This document shows positions 54,568-63,834 of a stretch of 64,000 nucleotides of DNA, in pieces. Position 1 is the stretch's first letter. Every line of letters begins with the position of its first letter. Origin of the DNA: a virus; the IMG/VR virus record IMGVR_UViG_3300037258_000161, positions 1-64,000 of that record; one strand, 5' to 3'. The notes under the pieces were generated by a model. It saw only the letters and a program-made list of their open reading frames with translations, did no database searches and had not been told where the DNA came from. Position numbers and translations under genes: made by a program.

Positions 54568-56177
54568 ACGCCGTGGGTCCGTTTCAATGCTGGCCCCTGG
54601 AAGGGATCGTCATCACCCGGAGGTGCCTGCTGGGCGCCCTGGGTCATCTGCGACTCGATCAGCTGATCCAGTTCCGCCAGCGCACCCTGCTTCGACGCTG
54701 CGGCCTTCCAGCGGGCCACATCATCGGCACTCGTCCCCGGCACCCGCTGCCACAGTTCCGTCGCGGGCACGCCGAGCATCTGGGTGAGTTTCCCGAGGGC
54801 GTCCACGGTGCCGGCGAACGCCCGGCCGCCCGTGTCGCGCCAGACGATCACCGCGGCGTCGTCATTCCACCCGGCCAGGTCGCCGGCTGCTTTCGACGCG
54901 AGCTGGAAGGTCTGCTTGTGGGGCTCGTTCAGGACACCCTGGGCCTCTTCCACTCTGCGGTCGAGCGCGTCGCGACTCGCAGTCAGGGCGTCTGCGGACA
55001 GATTTACCATCTGCCCCAAAAGATAATAAGGCGGCAACTGCGTGATGGTGCTCATGTGCACGATCGTGGCCTCGGCCGACTTGAGAAACCCCGTGAGATC
55101 CGTTTGCGCGAATTCACCGAATTTCGTGTCGGAATCCTCAGCCGTAAAGAGGCGGTCAACACCAGCCCGGAACGGCTCCTTCGGGTTCCCGTCCTCGTCA
55201 GACACAACCATCCCCGTGACCCACCGCTGCCTGAAAGCCCCGTACTGCTGGGCCATCAGGGCATTGAAGGTCGTGGTGTTCAGCTGGTCCTGCAGCGGGA
55301 TCAGCGGCTCCACGATCCCGGAGACGTCCATCTCGCCGTCAAGGTCAATCTGGTGCAGGTAGCGAACGACGGGGCACACCCCGAGCCCATGCTCGCTGAC
55401 CGCCTGTGTTCCGTTGAGCAGGACCGGGTCGTCGTCCTGCGGCCAGAACAGGCCCTCAGTGTCGGCCTTCCCGGTCAGCGTGTAGACCTTCTGGTCGTCA
55501 TACAGCCGCACGATCCGCCGCGCCCCGCCGGGCGCGTTGACGACGGTCTCCTCGACTGCGTAGGCAGGCCATTCGTCGTCAACGTCATCGGCGTACAGGG
55601 CGGTGAGGCGCCGCGGCGACACCGGCCGGATCACCGGATACGGCTCCCCGGGCAGCACCACTGTGTAGGCGAGCCCGTACTCGATCACCGAGCGGTGCAG
55701 GCCGTGCTGACGGCCTCCCATCCGGTTGGCCTGCCAGATCCGCCACGGCCCGTCATCTTCCTGCGGGGACTGGGCCTCTGCATGCGCGGCCTTCGCCTGG
55801 GCGAGAATCCCCGCCGCCCCAGCGGTATCACCGGCCTGCAGGGCGTCGTGAGCGCCCGCCAGGGCCACCGACACGTCATCGACCACATCCGCCGCCGCGC
55901 TCGGCCGGTAGCCGTCCACGTGCAGGTTCTGGCTAATCGTGGACACCACCAGCGGCAGGAAGTTCACCACCGACCGGTGCAGCAGCCAGCGGTACTCCTC
56001 CCGCGCGCCCCGCGGCACGTACACCGAGTCGTGGCGCCCGCGCATGTACTTGGAGATCCGCTTCAGGCGCCGCTGCTCGTGACCGCGGATGGCGAGGATC
56101 TTCTGCGCAAGCTGCGGGATGTCCTGGCTGTTTGCTGCGGAGGGAGCGTCGGCCTGCGCGAGCGTCATGACGGTCAC
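54564..56177 (-). CDS. portal protein (SPP1 gp6-like)
   Basis: VNFLPLVV, VDGYR, IWQAN, HGLGVCPVV, GAFRQRW.TG, NLSADAL. Confidence 0.92.
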   Translation of the reverse strand: MTVMTLAQADAPSAANSQDIPQLAQKILAIRGHEQRRLKRISKYMRGRHDSVYVPRGAREEYRWLLHRSVVNFLPLVVSTISQNLHVDGYRPSAAADVVDDVSVALAGAHDALQAGDTAGAAGILAQAKAAHAEAQSPQEDDGPWRIWQANRMGGRQHGLHRSVIEYGLAYTVVLPGEPYPVIRPVSPRRLTALYADDVDDEWPAYAVEETVVNAPGGARRIVRLYDDQKVYTLTGKADTEGLFWPQDDDPVLLNGTQAVSEHGLGVCPVVRYLHQIDLDGEMDVSGIVEPLIPLQDQLNTTTFNALMAQQYGAFRQRWVTGMVVSDEDGNPKEPFRAGVDRLFTAEDSDTKFGEFAQTDLTGFLKSAEATIVHMSTITQLPPYYLLGQMVNLSADALTASRDALDRRVEEAQGVLNEPHKQTFQLASKAAGDLAGWNDDAAVIVWRDTGGRAFAGTVDALGKLTQMLGVPATELWQRVPGTSADDVARWKAAASKQGALAELDQLIESQMTQGAQQAPPGDDDPFQGPALKRTHGV

Positions 56178-56223
56178 GCTCGGCCACCGCCCCCCGCGTT
56201 GCCAGCGTCTCTAGGCTGGATGG

Positions 56224-56601
56224 ATGGCAGACGATGAATACGCAGCCCAGACGGCCTTCCTGCGGGCACGCCTGGACGAGGACGAGGTGTGGGCACGCGA
56301 GGCTGTGCCGCGACCATGGCTCACCCAGGACAACTTCATCGAGTCGCCCGATGGCGGCGAGGTGGCCCGGTTCAACATGAAGGCGGACGCCAGGCTCGCC
56401 GCCCAATACGACCCGGCCCGGGTGCTCCGCGAGGTTGAGGCCAAGCGGAGGATCCTGGATCAGCTGGGGACCGACCTGTCATACCGGCCGCCTGTCCCGG
56501 TGGGCCACCGACGCGCGTGGGCTATCGCGTCGCTGATCGCGGAAGCTATGGCCGGTCCCTACAGCGACCACCCGGACTACCGGCGGGAGCGGAAGCCCTA
56601 G
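56224..56601 (+). CDS. DUF6221-like protein (antisense moron)
   Basis: FLRARLDEDE, DPARVLREVEAKRRI, YSDHPDYR; TAGGCT -10 six nt before ATG. Confidence 0.8.
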   Translation: MADDEYAAQTAFLRARLDEDEVWAREAVPRPWLTQDNFIESPDGGEVARFNMKADARLAAQYDPARVLREVEAKRRILDQLGTDLSYRPPVPVGHRRAWAIASLIAEAMAGPYSDHPDYRRERKP

Positions 56602-58280
56602 CTGAACCCGTAGACCTTCCCCGAACGGGGCTTCTTCTCCGCTGGCTTGCCGGCCAGGTACAGCCGCCGCACCATCCGGGCGCCGATCACGCACACCGCG
56701 GCGTCGATCTTCTTCGGCGAGTCCCTGGTCTCCTTCGCGACCGACACGCCCCACCTATTCGGGTGCCGCCGCGCGTTCCCCACATGCCGGGCAACCCGCG
56801 AGTCACCGTCGTGGGTGAACGCCCGGTCCTCGATCTCCTGCAGGGTGAGCTCGCACGCCATCGTGAAGTCATAGACCCGGGTCCGCATATCCCACGCGAC
56901 CGGCTGCGGATCCTTCCCGCCCGGCACCGCGTGGAGCTTCAGCTGGTCGCCGTAGCGCTTCGGCCACTCGACCTTGGTGAACGACTCCCACTCACGGACG
57001 TCCGCGAAGAACGCAACGACGTTCCAGTGCTCGAAGGAGTGCTCCACGGCCGCGTCGACCTGTGCGACGGGAACCGGCTGGGCCTCCACGCCGGCACGTG
57101 CAGGCGCCGGCTCCCAGACCTCTATGCAGAAGACGTGGCCGGTCTCGACATGGCAGCCGAGGAGCGCGGTCGCGTCATTGGTGCGCGAGCCGTCGAAGAA
57201 CATGACGATCTCGTCGCCATCAGGGACTGGCACCGAGGGGTCGGAGATGGCCGCCCACTCCTGCGGCGTGACCCAACTCGTCAGTGACGCGACCGGCTGG
57301 TTCAGGTAGAACCGCCTGGCAACGTCCGGGGCGGTCCGCAGCGACAGGATGCGGTCCATGATCGTCTGCTGGTCAACCCAGAAGCAGTCGTGATACGCCG
57401 CTGCGATCCCGGTCCGCAGGGAATCGTCGTCGGTCAGGTCCGTGTCCGGCGGGGCAACGTACGCGTCGTAGAGAATCTTCGCCCGCGACCGGGTGAGCCC
57501 TTCCTCCTGGGCCACCCACGCGTCCCACGTAGCCTCGGCCACCGAGCCCGCGCCAGGCTCCCACGCGTTGCACGTCTCCACGCCACGGCTGCCCGACTTC
57601 GCCATGTTGCGGTCCATCACCGCAGCGAGCTCAGAACCGCCGTTCGCAGGGCGCCACAGTTCGGTCTCGTCAAGCAGCCCGAACGTCGTCAGCGCGCCCT
57701 CAGCGGCGGACGCCGATGAGGTGATGATCTCTAGCTGGCCGCCGTTCTCGCTGTACGTGACCGTCTTCCCCGGGTCGAGCCCGAAGTCGCGCACGAGCCG
57801 CGAGCTCTTGGGCATCATCGCCCGGACCATGCGGTTTGTGTTCGCGGTCTGGGACTCTGACGTGGCCGCGATCTGCACCAGCGGCATGTCCACGGGCTTG
57901 CCGCGGACACCGCCCCACGTCCGGGGGTCGTCAGGGTCGCGTTCGCAGAAGTGGGAGAAGCGCACGGGCCCGCAGAGTTCCGTGATGCAGTGCGCGCCGG
58001 CCCCGGGCGACTTCCCGGCACCTTTGCTGAGCCTGCGCACCCCATGCTGGTACAGCCATCGCGTGGTGATCTCCTCCAGCGAGTACCACCACAAGATCCA
58101 GTGGCGCTGCGACGGCGTGTACTCCCACGGCAGCCCCGCTCGCGGGCCGTTCGGGTGCCTCAGGTACTTCGCCGCGAAGAAGATTGCCTCGTAGCCCAGC
58201 GTGAACTCAGGCTCGCCTGGAGGAAGCGTTACCAGCCGGTCGAGCGGGCCCGGTAGCTCAGTTGGCCTCGCGCTTGCCAC
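56598..58280 (-). CDS. terminase large subunit
   Basis: Walker A KGAGKS, Walker B LLDE, RRFYLNQ, nuclease FDGS..ND...KIDAAV. Confidence 0.95.
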   Translation of the reverse strand: MASARPTELPGPLDRLVTLPPGEPEFTLGYEAIFFAAKYLRHPNGPRAGLPWEYTPSQRHWILWWYSLEEITTRWLYQHGVRRLSKGAGKSPGAGAHCITELCGPVRFSHFCERDPDDPRTWGGVRGKPVDMPLVQIAATSESQTANTNRMVRAMMPKSSRLVRDFGLDPGKTVTYSENGGQLEIITSSASAAEGALTTFGLLDETELWRPANGGSELAAVMDRNMAKSGSRGVETCNAWEPGAGSVAEATWDAWVAQEEGLTRSRAKILYDAYVAPPDTDLTDDDSLRTGIAAAYHDCFWVDQQTIMDRILSLRTAPDVARRFYLNQPVASLTSWVTPQEWAAISDPSVPVPDGDEIVMFFDGSRTNDATALLGCHVETGHVFCIEVWEPAPARAGVEAQPVPVAQVDAAVEHSFEHWNVVAFFADVREWESFTKVEWPKRYGDQLKLHAVPGGKDPQPVAWDMRTRVYDFTMACELTLQEIEDRAFTHDGDSRVARHVGNARRHPNRWGVSVAKETRDSPKKIDAAVCVIGARMVRRLYLAGKPAEKKPRSGKVYGFS

Positions 58281-58704
58281 GCCACGCCGCCATGCTCGCC
58301 ACGGCCGCCGCTTCGTCCGGGTCCTCGGGCTTATCGCGCTCCAGTTCCAGCCGCAGGCGACGCCTGTCGCCCTCGGTCATCAGCAGCCGGGCCATCAGCG
58401 CGTCCCAGGCCGCGAACATCACCGCCGACGGGCGGCCAGAGTTCAGCTGCTGCGACATGACCTCCGAGCCGATCCGCAGCATGTTCCAGTCGGTCGGCTC
58501 CCAGAACGCGCTCTGCCCCGACCGCCCAGCGGACTCGTACAGGTCTCGGATCAGCGGATGCCACGCAGGGTCGGGCTCGGGCACGCCAGGCCCGGAGGAT
58601 GCCCCACGGCTGCCTGCTGGTGCCTTCGTGACGGGCCCTGCTGGATCCTTGTTCGTCCTCCGGCGCTGGTCTGTGCGCTTCGGGACCGGGCCGCGGCTAC
58701 CCAC
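58258..58704 (-). CDS. terminase small subunit
   Basis: GSRGPVPKR, WHP, SGQ..FW.PTDW, LLMTEGDRRR. Confidence 0.88.
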   Translation of the reverse strand: MGSRGPVPKRTDQRRRTNKDPAGPVTKAPAGSRGASSGPGVPEPDPAWHPLIRDLYESAGRSGQSAFWEPTDWNMLRIGSEVMSQQLNSGRPSAVMFAAWDALMARLLMTEGDRRRLRLELERDKPEDPDEAAAVASMAAWRGKREAN

Positions 58705-58799
58705 GGTGGACAACCTTCATCGACTGCTCCCATTCCGGGTACGGCCCATTCCGGGCTACTGCCAGGGATGGCCCGCATTCCGCAGGGAGCCCTAGCCGA

Positions 58800-59696
58800 T
58801 CAGGAGCGGCTTCGGAGCGCCGCCTCGTTGTTCTTCCTGCTGTTACAGGAGTAGTGGGCGCACTGAGCGTTCGCCGGCTCATGGAACCCGCGTGGCTCTC
58901 CCTCGCGGGGCCGCAGCGGGACGATGTGGTCGATCGTCGGTGAGAGGAGGTCCGGCCAGACGGCGCCCCGGCTGACGGGCTTCCCGCAGAGCTGGCAGAT
59001 CCAGCCGTCGCGCTCAAAGATCTCCAACGGCTCAACAGGTGCCCGGAACGCAGCCGCCTCCACGGCCCGGCGTACATGCGAGGCGATCCGGCCGTAGCAG
59101 CGCTGCGAGCACGTCCTGGTCTTCGGGTCAATACTCACAAACCATGTACCGCAGCACGAGCAGCGACCTGAATACCACTGCTGGCGCAGGCGTGGCAGCC
59201 TCGGGCTGGCTGCCTTGAGCCGCGCTAGTAGACGTGGATGCAGCCATCCTTCGGGGCGTTCCCAGAGGACTACCTGCGAGCGGGCTGCGCGCACGGCGTC
59301 ATAGTCGCAACTCACGGAGCGGCCGGAGCGGCAGCTATCCGAGCAGTAGAACGAAGTTGGAGCGGGTGCCTGCCACAAATCGCCGCAGCTTTGGCATATC
59401 AGCGTCCATTTGCGCGTCTTATTGTGGCAACTATTTGAGCAGAACCAGGTACGGGGCTCGGAGTTCGTCCATTTCTTGCCGCAGTTCTCGCACGTGTGCT
59501 CGTAGCGGTATTGGGATCTCCACGTCTTCCCGGTGCGCTTGGCGTAGCTGCGGAAATACTCTCTCGCCCGATCATTATTGCGCCGCCGTTTACATTCAGG
59601 CGCAGAGCATGTTTTCCACCTCTCCTGCGCCGTCTCGGTGCCGCAGTACTCGCAGGCACCCCGGACGGGCGCAGGGACTGGCACGAGGATCCTCAT
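58800..59696 (-). CDS. HNH endonuclease with N-terminal Cys repeats
   Basis: ERDGWICQLCG, TIDHIVP, H..AN...AHYSCNSRK; TAAGCT -10 six nt before ATG. Confidence 0.88.
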   Translation of the reverse strand: MRILVPVPAPVRGACEYCGTETAQERWKTCSAPECKRRRNNDRAREYFRSYAKRTGKTWRSQYRYEHTCENCGKKWTNSEPRTWFCSNSCHNKTRKWTLICQSCGDLWQAPAPTSFYCSDSCRSGRSVSCDYDAVRAARSQVVLWERPEGWLHPRLLARLKAASPRLPRLRQQWYSGRCSCCGTWFVSIDPKTRTCSQRCYGRIASHVRRAVEAAAFRAPVEPLEIFERDGWICQLCGKPVSRGAVWPDLLSPTIDHIVPLRPREGEPRGFHEPANAQCAHYSCNSRKNNEAALRSRS

Positions 59697-60114
59697 ACGC
59701 CCAGCTTAGAGGCCCCTACCGACAGTCTCACGGGGGTCGAAATACGTATCCACAGGCCGCCGCTATACGGGGCCGGTCGGGCGAAGCCCGGCATTTGGGC
59801 ACTCCCCCCACCCCTGCCATTGCTGCAGTGCGCATCCCGTGCCAGGCCTTGCCCGCGGCCCTCTGTATGCACACCGTGGCCTGCGCGGATGCCCGTACCC
59901 CGCACCGTGCCGAGCTCACCGGCACTGCTGGCAGCTGGCCACCATCCCCGCGGGGGACTGCCGCGGATTCCTGGCCGCTATTCCCTCGAGGCTGGCTTTC
60001 CGTGCCCCGATTGCCGCGTGGCTTAGTGCCTGCTCTCAGGTGGACTCAGCAAGCTTTGCCTGTGCTTTGCGCGATTCGCTTGCCTGCCAATTCGGTAGGC
60101 CATACGGTAGTGGT

Positions 60115-60288
60115 ATGCCAATCAACCAGACCGCTAAGCGCCTCGAAGCGGGCGCCCCGCAATGGGTGCGGGATGCCCAGGCCGATCTGTACCTCTGCCA
60201 GTGCGGCCAGCAGGCCATATCTATCTGGGCTGGCACGGGCAGGCCGATCTGTGACACGTGCCTGCAGCGGAAGCAGCGGCAGTCATGA
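60115..60288 (+). CDS. small Zn-finger-like protein
   Basis: TACGGT -10 six nt before ATG; CQCG...ICDTC. Confidence 0.6.
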   Translation: MPINQTAKRLEAGAPQWVRDAQADLYLCQCGQQAISIWAGTGRPICDTCLQRKQRQS

Positions 60289-61181
60289 CTGCCGCTAAGC
60301 GCGTCGTGCGCGCTGTCCGCATTGCCTTCCGTGCCGCGCGCATCCTCGCGACTGATCCGCAGCTCCCGTGGCTGCTGCGCATCCTCTTCGTTATCGGATG
60401 CGTGCAGATCCCGGTGTGCCCAGTGGATGAAGTCGCCATGGCGCTGGCGCTCGGGTGGCTGTTCCTGTTCCACCGTGACCGCCTGGCGCATGCCGTGCGC
60501 GAGGCCCGCTCATCCGATCCGAAGGAGCGCAAGCCCATGAACGTTCGCAAGCTCGCTGTTGCTGCCGCCGCCAGCCTCGCCGCTCTGGCCGCAGTCATCT
60601 CGCTCACTGCCGGTCTCATGCCGGCATCTGCCGCGGCCCGCTCGCCGCTCGCTACTGTCATCGCTCACGGCGTGCGGATGCCGCAGCACCACGAGACCAC
60701 CTGCACCCGCCAGCTTGAGGTGATGGGTGCTGCCGAGTACGAGACCGGCGTGCACCCCGGTTCATACACCATCGCGCCTGTCGCCCTCGCCGGCCCGCGT
60801 GCATGGGCCCGGCAGCTGCGGCGCGCTGGCCTGTTCCTGCTGGCAGCGACCGCGGAGGGCGTTCACGATGCGGCCTCGGCGCATGACTTCACGATGGCGC
60901 TGCTGGCGTCGGTGAAGGCGGCGCGTATGGGCGTGGACTGCCGCAGCGGCTATCCGGCGCCTTCACCGGCCGCGTGCGCCCGCCTGTCACCGCGGCCGGG
61001 TCACGTCCCGCCGGCGTTCGAGATCGGCGCCTCCGGTCTCACGTGGCAGTACGTGACGAAGCGGGAGGCGGCTTACTTCCACGTGTCCCGCTGCTCTGTG
61101 GTGGTCGTGAGCCACAACCGCTACGGGCAGGATGCGGACTTCATCCTCACGCCGTCGGGGCGCGTGACTGGCCGCAGCTGA
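60285..61181 (+). CDS. membrane/secreted protein (apparent in-frame fusion; internal start 60537)
   Basis: N-terminal TM module; internal AAGGAG + ATG followed by a signal peptide. Confidence 0.55.
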   Translation: MTAAKRVVRAVRIAFRAARILATDPQLPWLLRILFVIGCVQIPVCPVDEVAMALALGWLFLFHRDRLAHAVREARSSDPKERKPMNVRKLAVAAAASLAALAAVISLTAGLMPASAAARSPLATVIAHGVRMPQHHETTCTRQLEVMGAAEYETGVHPGSYTIAPVALAGPRAWARQLRRAGLFLLAATAEGVHDAASAHDFTMALLASVKAARMGVDCRSGYPAPSPAACARLSPRPGHVPPAFEIGASGLTWQYVTKREAAYFHVSRCSVVVVSHNRYGQDADFILTPSGRVTGRS

Positions 61182-61365
61182 CTGCCACGGTGGCGCTCGC
61201 TGCTCACGAGGGCGAGCGCTGCCGCGGTGGCCAGATGGCGCCGGTAACCACGGGGGATCACATGCGCAGTGCCGCGCGGGAGATCGAGACCAGGATCGCG
61301 GAGTGGCTCACCAGCTTCGCGGAGAAGCAGATGCGGCGCAGGCCGCTCACTGAAGGGGGATCACG

Positions 61366-62556
61366 ATGACGATCACGACGGACGCGCCTAGGACGCCACT
61401 CGACGAGGTGCGCAGCTTCCTGGGCAAGTTCATCGACGCCAGCGACACCCAGCTGGACGCCATCACGCTCTGGGTGGCGCACACCAACGTGCTGGGCGCG
61501 TTCCCGGCGTCGCCGCGCCTGCTGATCACCAGCCGTGACCCGGGCTGCGGCAAGTCGGAGACGCTGCGGCGGATCCGCGACCTGTCGCAGAACGGGTGGA
61601 GCGCCAAGGGCACGAGCTTCGCCATCCGCGCCAAGCTCGGCGAGCCGGACCGGCCGACAATCACGGTGGACGAGGTGAGCGACGTGTTCGGCAAGTCGGG
61701 CCGCTCAGGTGCGACTCACCCGCTGGGCACGCTGCTGCGGCTCGGCTACAAGGCAGGCGAGACGGACTGCTTCGCGCAGAACAAGGTGGCCGAGGAGATC
61801 AGCATCTACACGGCGGCGGCGATGGCCGGGCGCGGTGCGGCCGTGCCGGACGACATCCGCTCGCGGTGCGTCATCATCAAGCTCAAGCCGGGCCGGCCTG
61901 CGGAGGATTACGTGATCCGCGAGCACGAGCCACAGGCGCGGATGCTGCGGGACGCGCTCGGCCAGTGGGTGAAGTCGCAGTTCGGCGAGGTGCAGAAGTT
62001 CCGGGCGCGCGGCCTGCACCCGAAGCTGACCGGCCGCCGGCGCGAGATTTGGGAGCCGCTGCTGGCTGTGGCTAAGGCGGGTGGCGAGGAGTGGCTGCGG
62101 CGCGGCCTGTCGGCGCTGCTCGACCTGGCGCTGGACGAGTCCGACCAGCCGGTTCTGACGCCGCAGCAGACCGTGCTCCGCGACATGGCGAAGGCGGCCG
62201 GGCTGGTGGAACTGGCTGGCGGCACCGAGGACGGCTTCGCTCTGGGCGCTGACCTGCGCGAGGAGATGCGGCGCATGGGTGAGCCAATGTACGAGACGCT
62301 GGCCGACCGGGCGCTGTCGATGCTGATGGCCGAAGCGGTGGCGGACGCCTCGCCTGACGGGCAGGCGATCGTGACGGTGGGCGAGCGGCGCGGGCGCGGC
62401 TACCGGCTGGCGGACATCCGCGCCGAGTGGGCTGCGCGCGCTCCGGTCGGTTCGGCCGAGGAAGTCGCGGACACTGAGCCGCTCGACCCGGATGCGGTTG
62501 AGTTCGTCGCGCAACCTGACGACCTGACAACCTCGACGACCTCGGACGCGGCCTGA
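61366..62556 (+). CDS. DUF3631-like P-loop NTPase protein
   Basis: TLWVAHT, PRLLITS..PGCGKS, TITVDE, I.SR..II, WEPLLAVA. Confidence 0.8.
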   Translation: MTITTDAPRTPLDEVRSFLGKFIDASDTQLDAITLWVAHTNVLGAFPASPRLLITSRDPGCGKSETLRRIRDLSQNGWSAKGTSFAIRAKLGEPDRPTITVDEVSDVFGKSGRSGATHPLGTLLRLGYKAGETDCFAQNKVAEEISIYTAAAMAGRGAAVPDDIRSRCVIIKLKPGRPAEDYVIREHEPQARMLRDALGQWVKSQFGEVQKFRARGLHPKLTGRRREIWEPLLAVAKAGGEEWLRRGLSALLDLALDESDQPVLTPQQTVLRDMAKAAGLVELAGGTEDGFALGADLREEMRRMGEPMYETLADRALSMLMAEAVADASPDGQAIVTVGERRGRGYRLADIRAEWAARAPVGSAEEVADTEPLDPDAVEFVAQPDDLTTSTTSDAA

Positions 62557-62706
62557 TTTTTGCCGCAATCTCAGCCGATAGGCGTCACCCTGATGGGTGG
62601 CGCCATCGGCATGTCCGGGCATGAACCCGGTAAGCTTGGAGAACACAAACGCCCTGGTGAGCGCTGCAAACACCCACCAGGGCACGACCTGAGAAGGCAG
62701 GCCGCT

Positions 62707-63426
62707 GTGAGCAATCTACCCTTGGGCGAGATCCCCGCTGATGCGCTGATGAGGGAACTCGGTGCCCGTGACTTCGACCCGCGCGGCTTCTTCGTCTACA
62801 TCCTGTGGGATGCCGAGGATGAGGCCGTCTACGTGGGCCAGTCGGCCAACATCCTGTCGCGGCTCGGCAACCACATGCAGGACGCGGAGAAGCGCGGCCA
62901 GACGGTGCGCGCGTCGTTTATCCGCTGCGAGACGCGGCGCGAGATGGACGCCACTGAGGCATGGCTGATCAGCAAACTAGACCCGAAGCTCAACATCGCC
63001 CTCACGGACAAGCCGCGCAGCGTGCGCCGTAAGGCGATTGCGGTCTGGCCGACCGACGCGCAGATGGCGTCAGAGGACGCTGCTGCCGATGCCCGCTGGA
63101 TACCTGCCGCCGGGCGGCTGGTATCACGGGCCGCCCTTGACCAGCTGGTCGCCGACATCGTGACCGTGTGGAAGCCGACGGTGAGATTGCGCAGCGTTGC
63201 GTGGCTCACGGACGCCCTGCTCGCGATCCCCGGTGGCCAGTACGCGGCCATGTGGGACTCAAACCGGGTGTTCGCGATGCACAACCTGGAGTGGATGCTG
63301 GAGTACAGGCTGGGCATTGAGCCGCACCCTGGCATCGACGGCGCCTGTGGTGTGCGCACAGTTGGCTGGCGGCGCGACCAGTTCCCTGCCGACCTGCCAG
63401 CCTCCGCTTTGGTGACAACCCACTGA
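62707..63426 (+). CDS. GIY-YIG domain protein
   Basis: FVYILW...VYVGQS...RL..H...E..LI..L.PK.N. Confidence 0.75.
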   Translation: MSNLPLGEIPADALMRELGARDFDPRGFFVYILWDAEDEAVYVGQSANILSRLGNHMQDAEKRGQTVRASFIRCETRREMDATEAWLISKLDPKLNIALTDKPRSVRRKAIAVWPTDAQMASEDAAADARWIPAAGRLVSRAALDQLVADIVTVWKPTVRLRSVAWLTDALLAIPGGQYAAMWDSNRVFAMHNLEWMLEYRLGIEPHPGIDGACGVRTVGWRRDQFPADLPASALVTTH

Positions 63427-63487
63427 CCTGCGGCGAGTCACGATCGCTCACCGGCCGGCAAGCGCGGCGCGCGGGCAAAGCCTCCGG

Positions 63488-63739
63488 TTAGCGGGACGGC
63501 CACGAGGGCACACGGGACGGCTTAGCCGCTGCACCGTTGCCCGTGCCTATCCCCCGTGCATCCAGCTCCGCAGCGACAGCCTCACGGACGAGCAAGCGCA
63601 TCTGCTCGTCCGGGTCGGGCAGCAGGCGCCGCGCCTCGAGCGCCTCACGCAGCAGCACCGGGATAGACGCGCCGGACTGCTTCCACGCCGCCCAGAGGTC
63701 GTCGGGTAGCTCGCTGCTGGTTTTCCTGCCTGCACCCAT
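63488..63739 (-). CDS. RHH/CopG-like DNA-binding protein
   Basis: RKTSSELPDDLW......S...LLREAL; TAGCCT -10 seven nt before ATG. Confidence 0.65.
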   Translation of the reverse strand: MGAGRKTSSELPDDLWAAWKQSGASIPVLLREALEARRLLPDPDEQMRLLVREAVAAELDARGIGTGNGAAAKPSRVPSWPSR

Positions 63740-63834
63740 GCGGGACAGGCTACCTGACGGGGCGCCGGAAACAAGTTCCGCGACTTGCCACGTTGCGGTT
63801 GACCTGCGGATTCGGTAGCGGGTACTGTAGTCCC

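Noticed and set aside
59910-60010. Possible remnant of an HNH C-terminus (RKASLEGIAARNPR) on minus
   Set aside because: Too short, and no HNH core recognisable.
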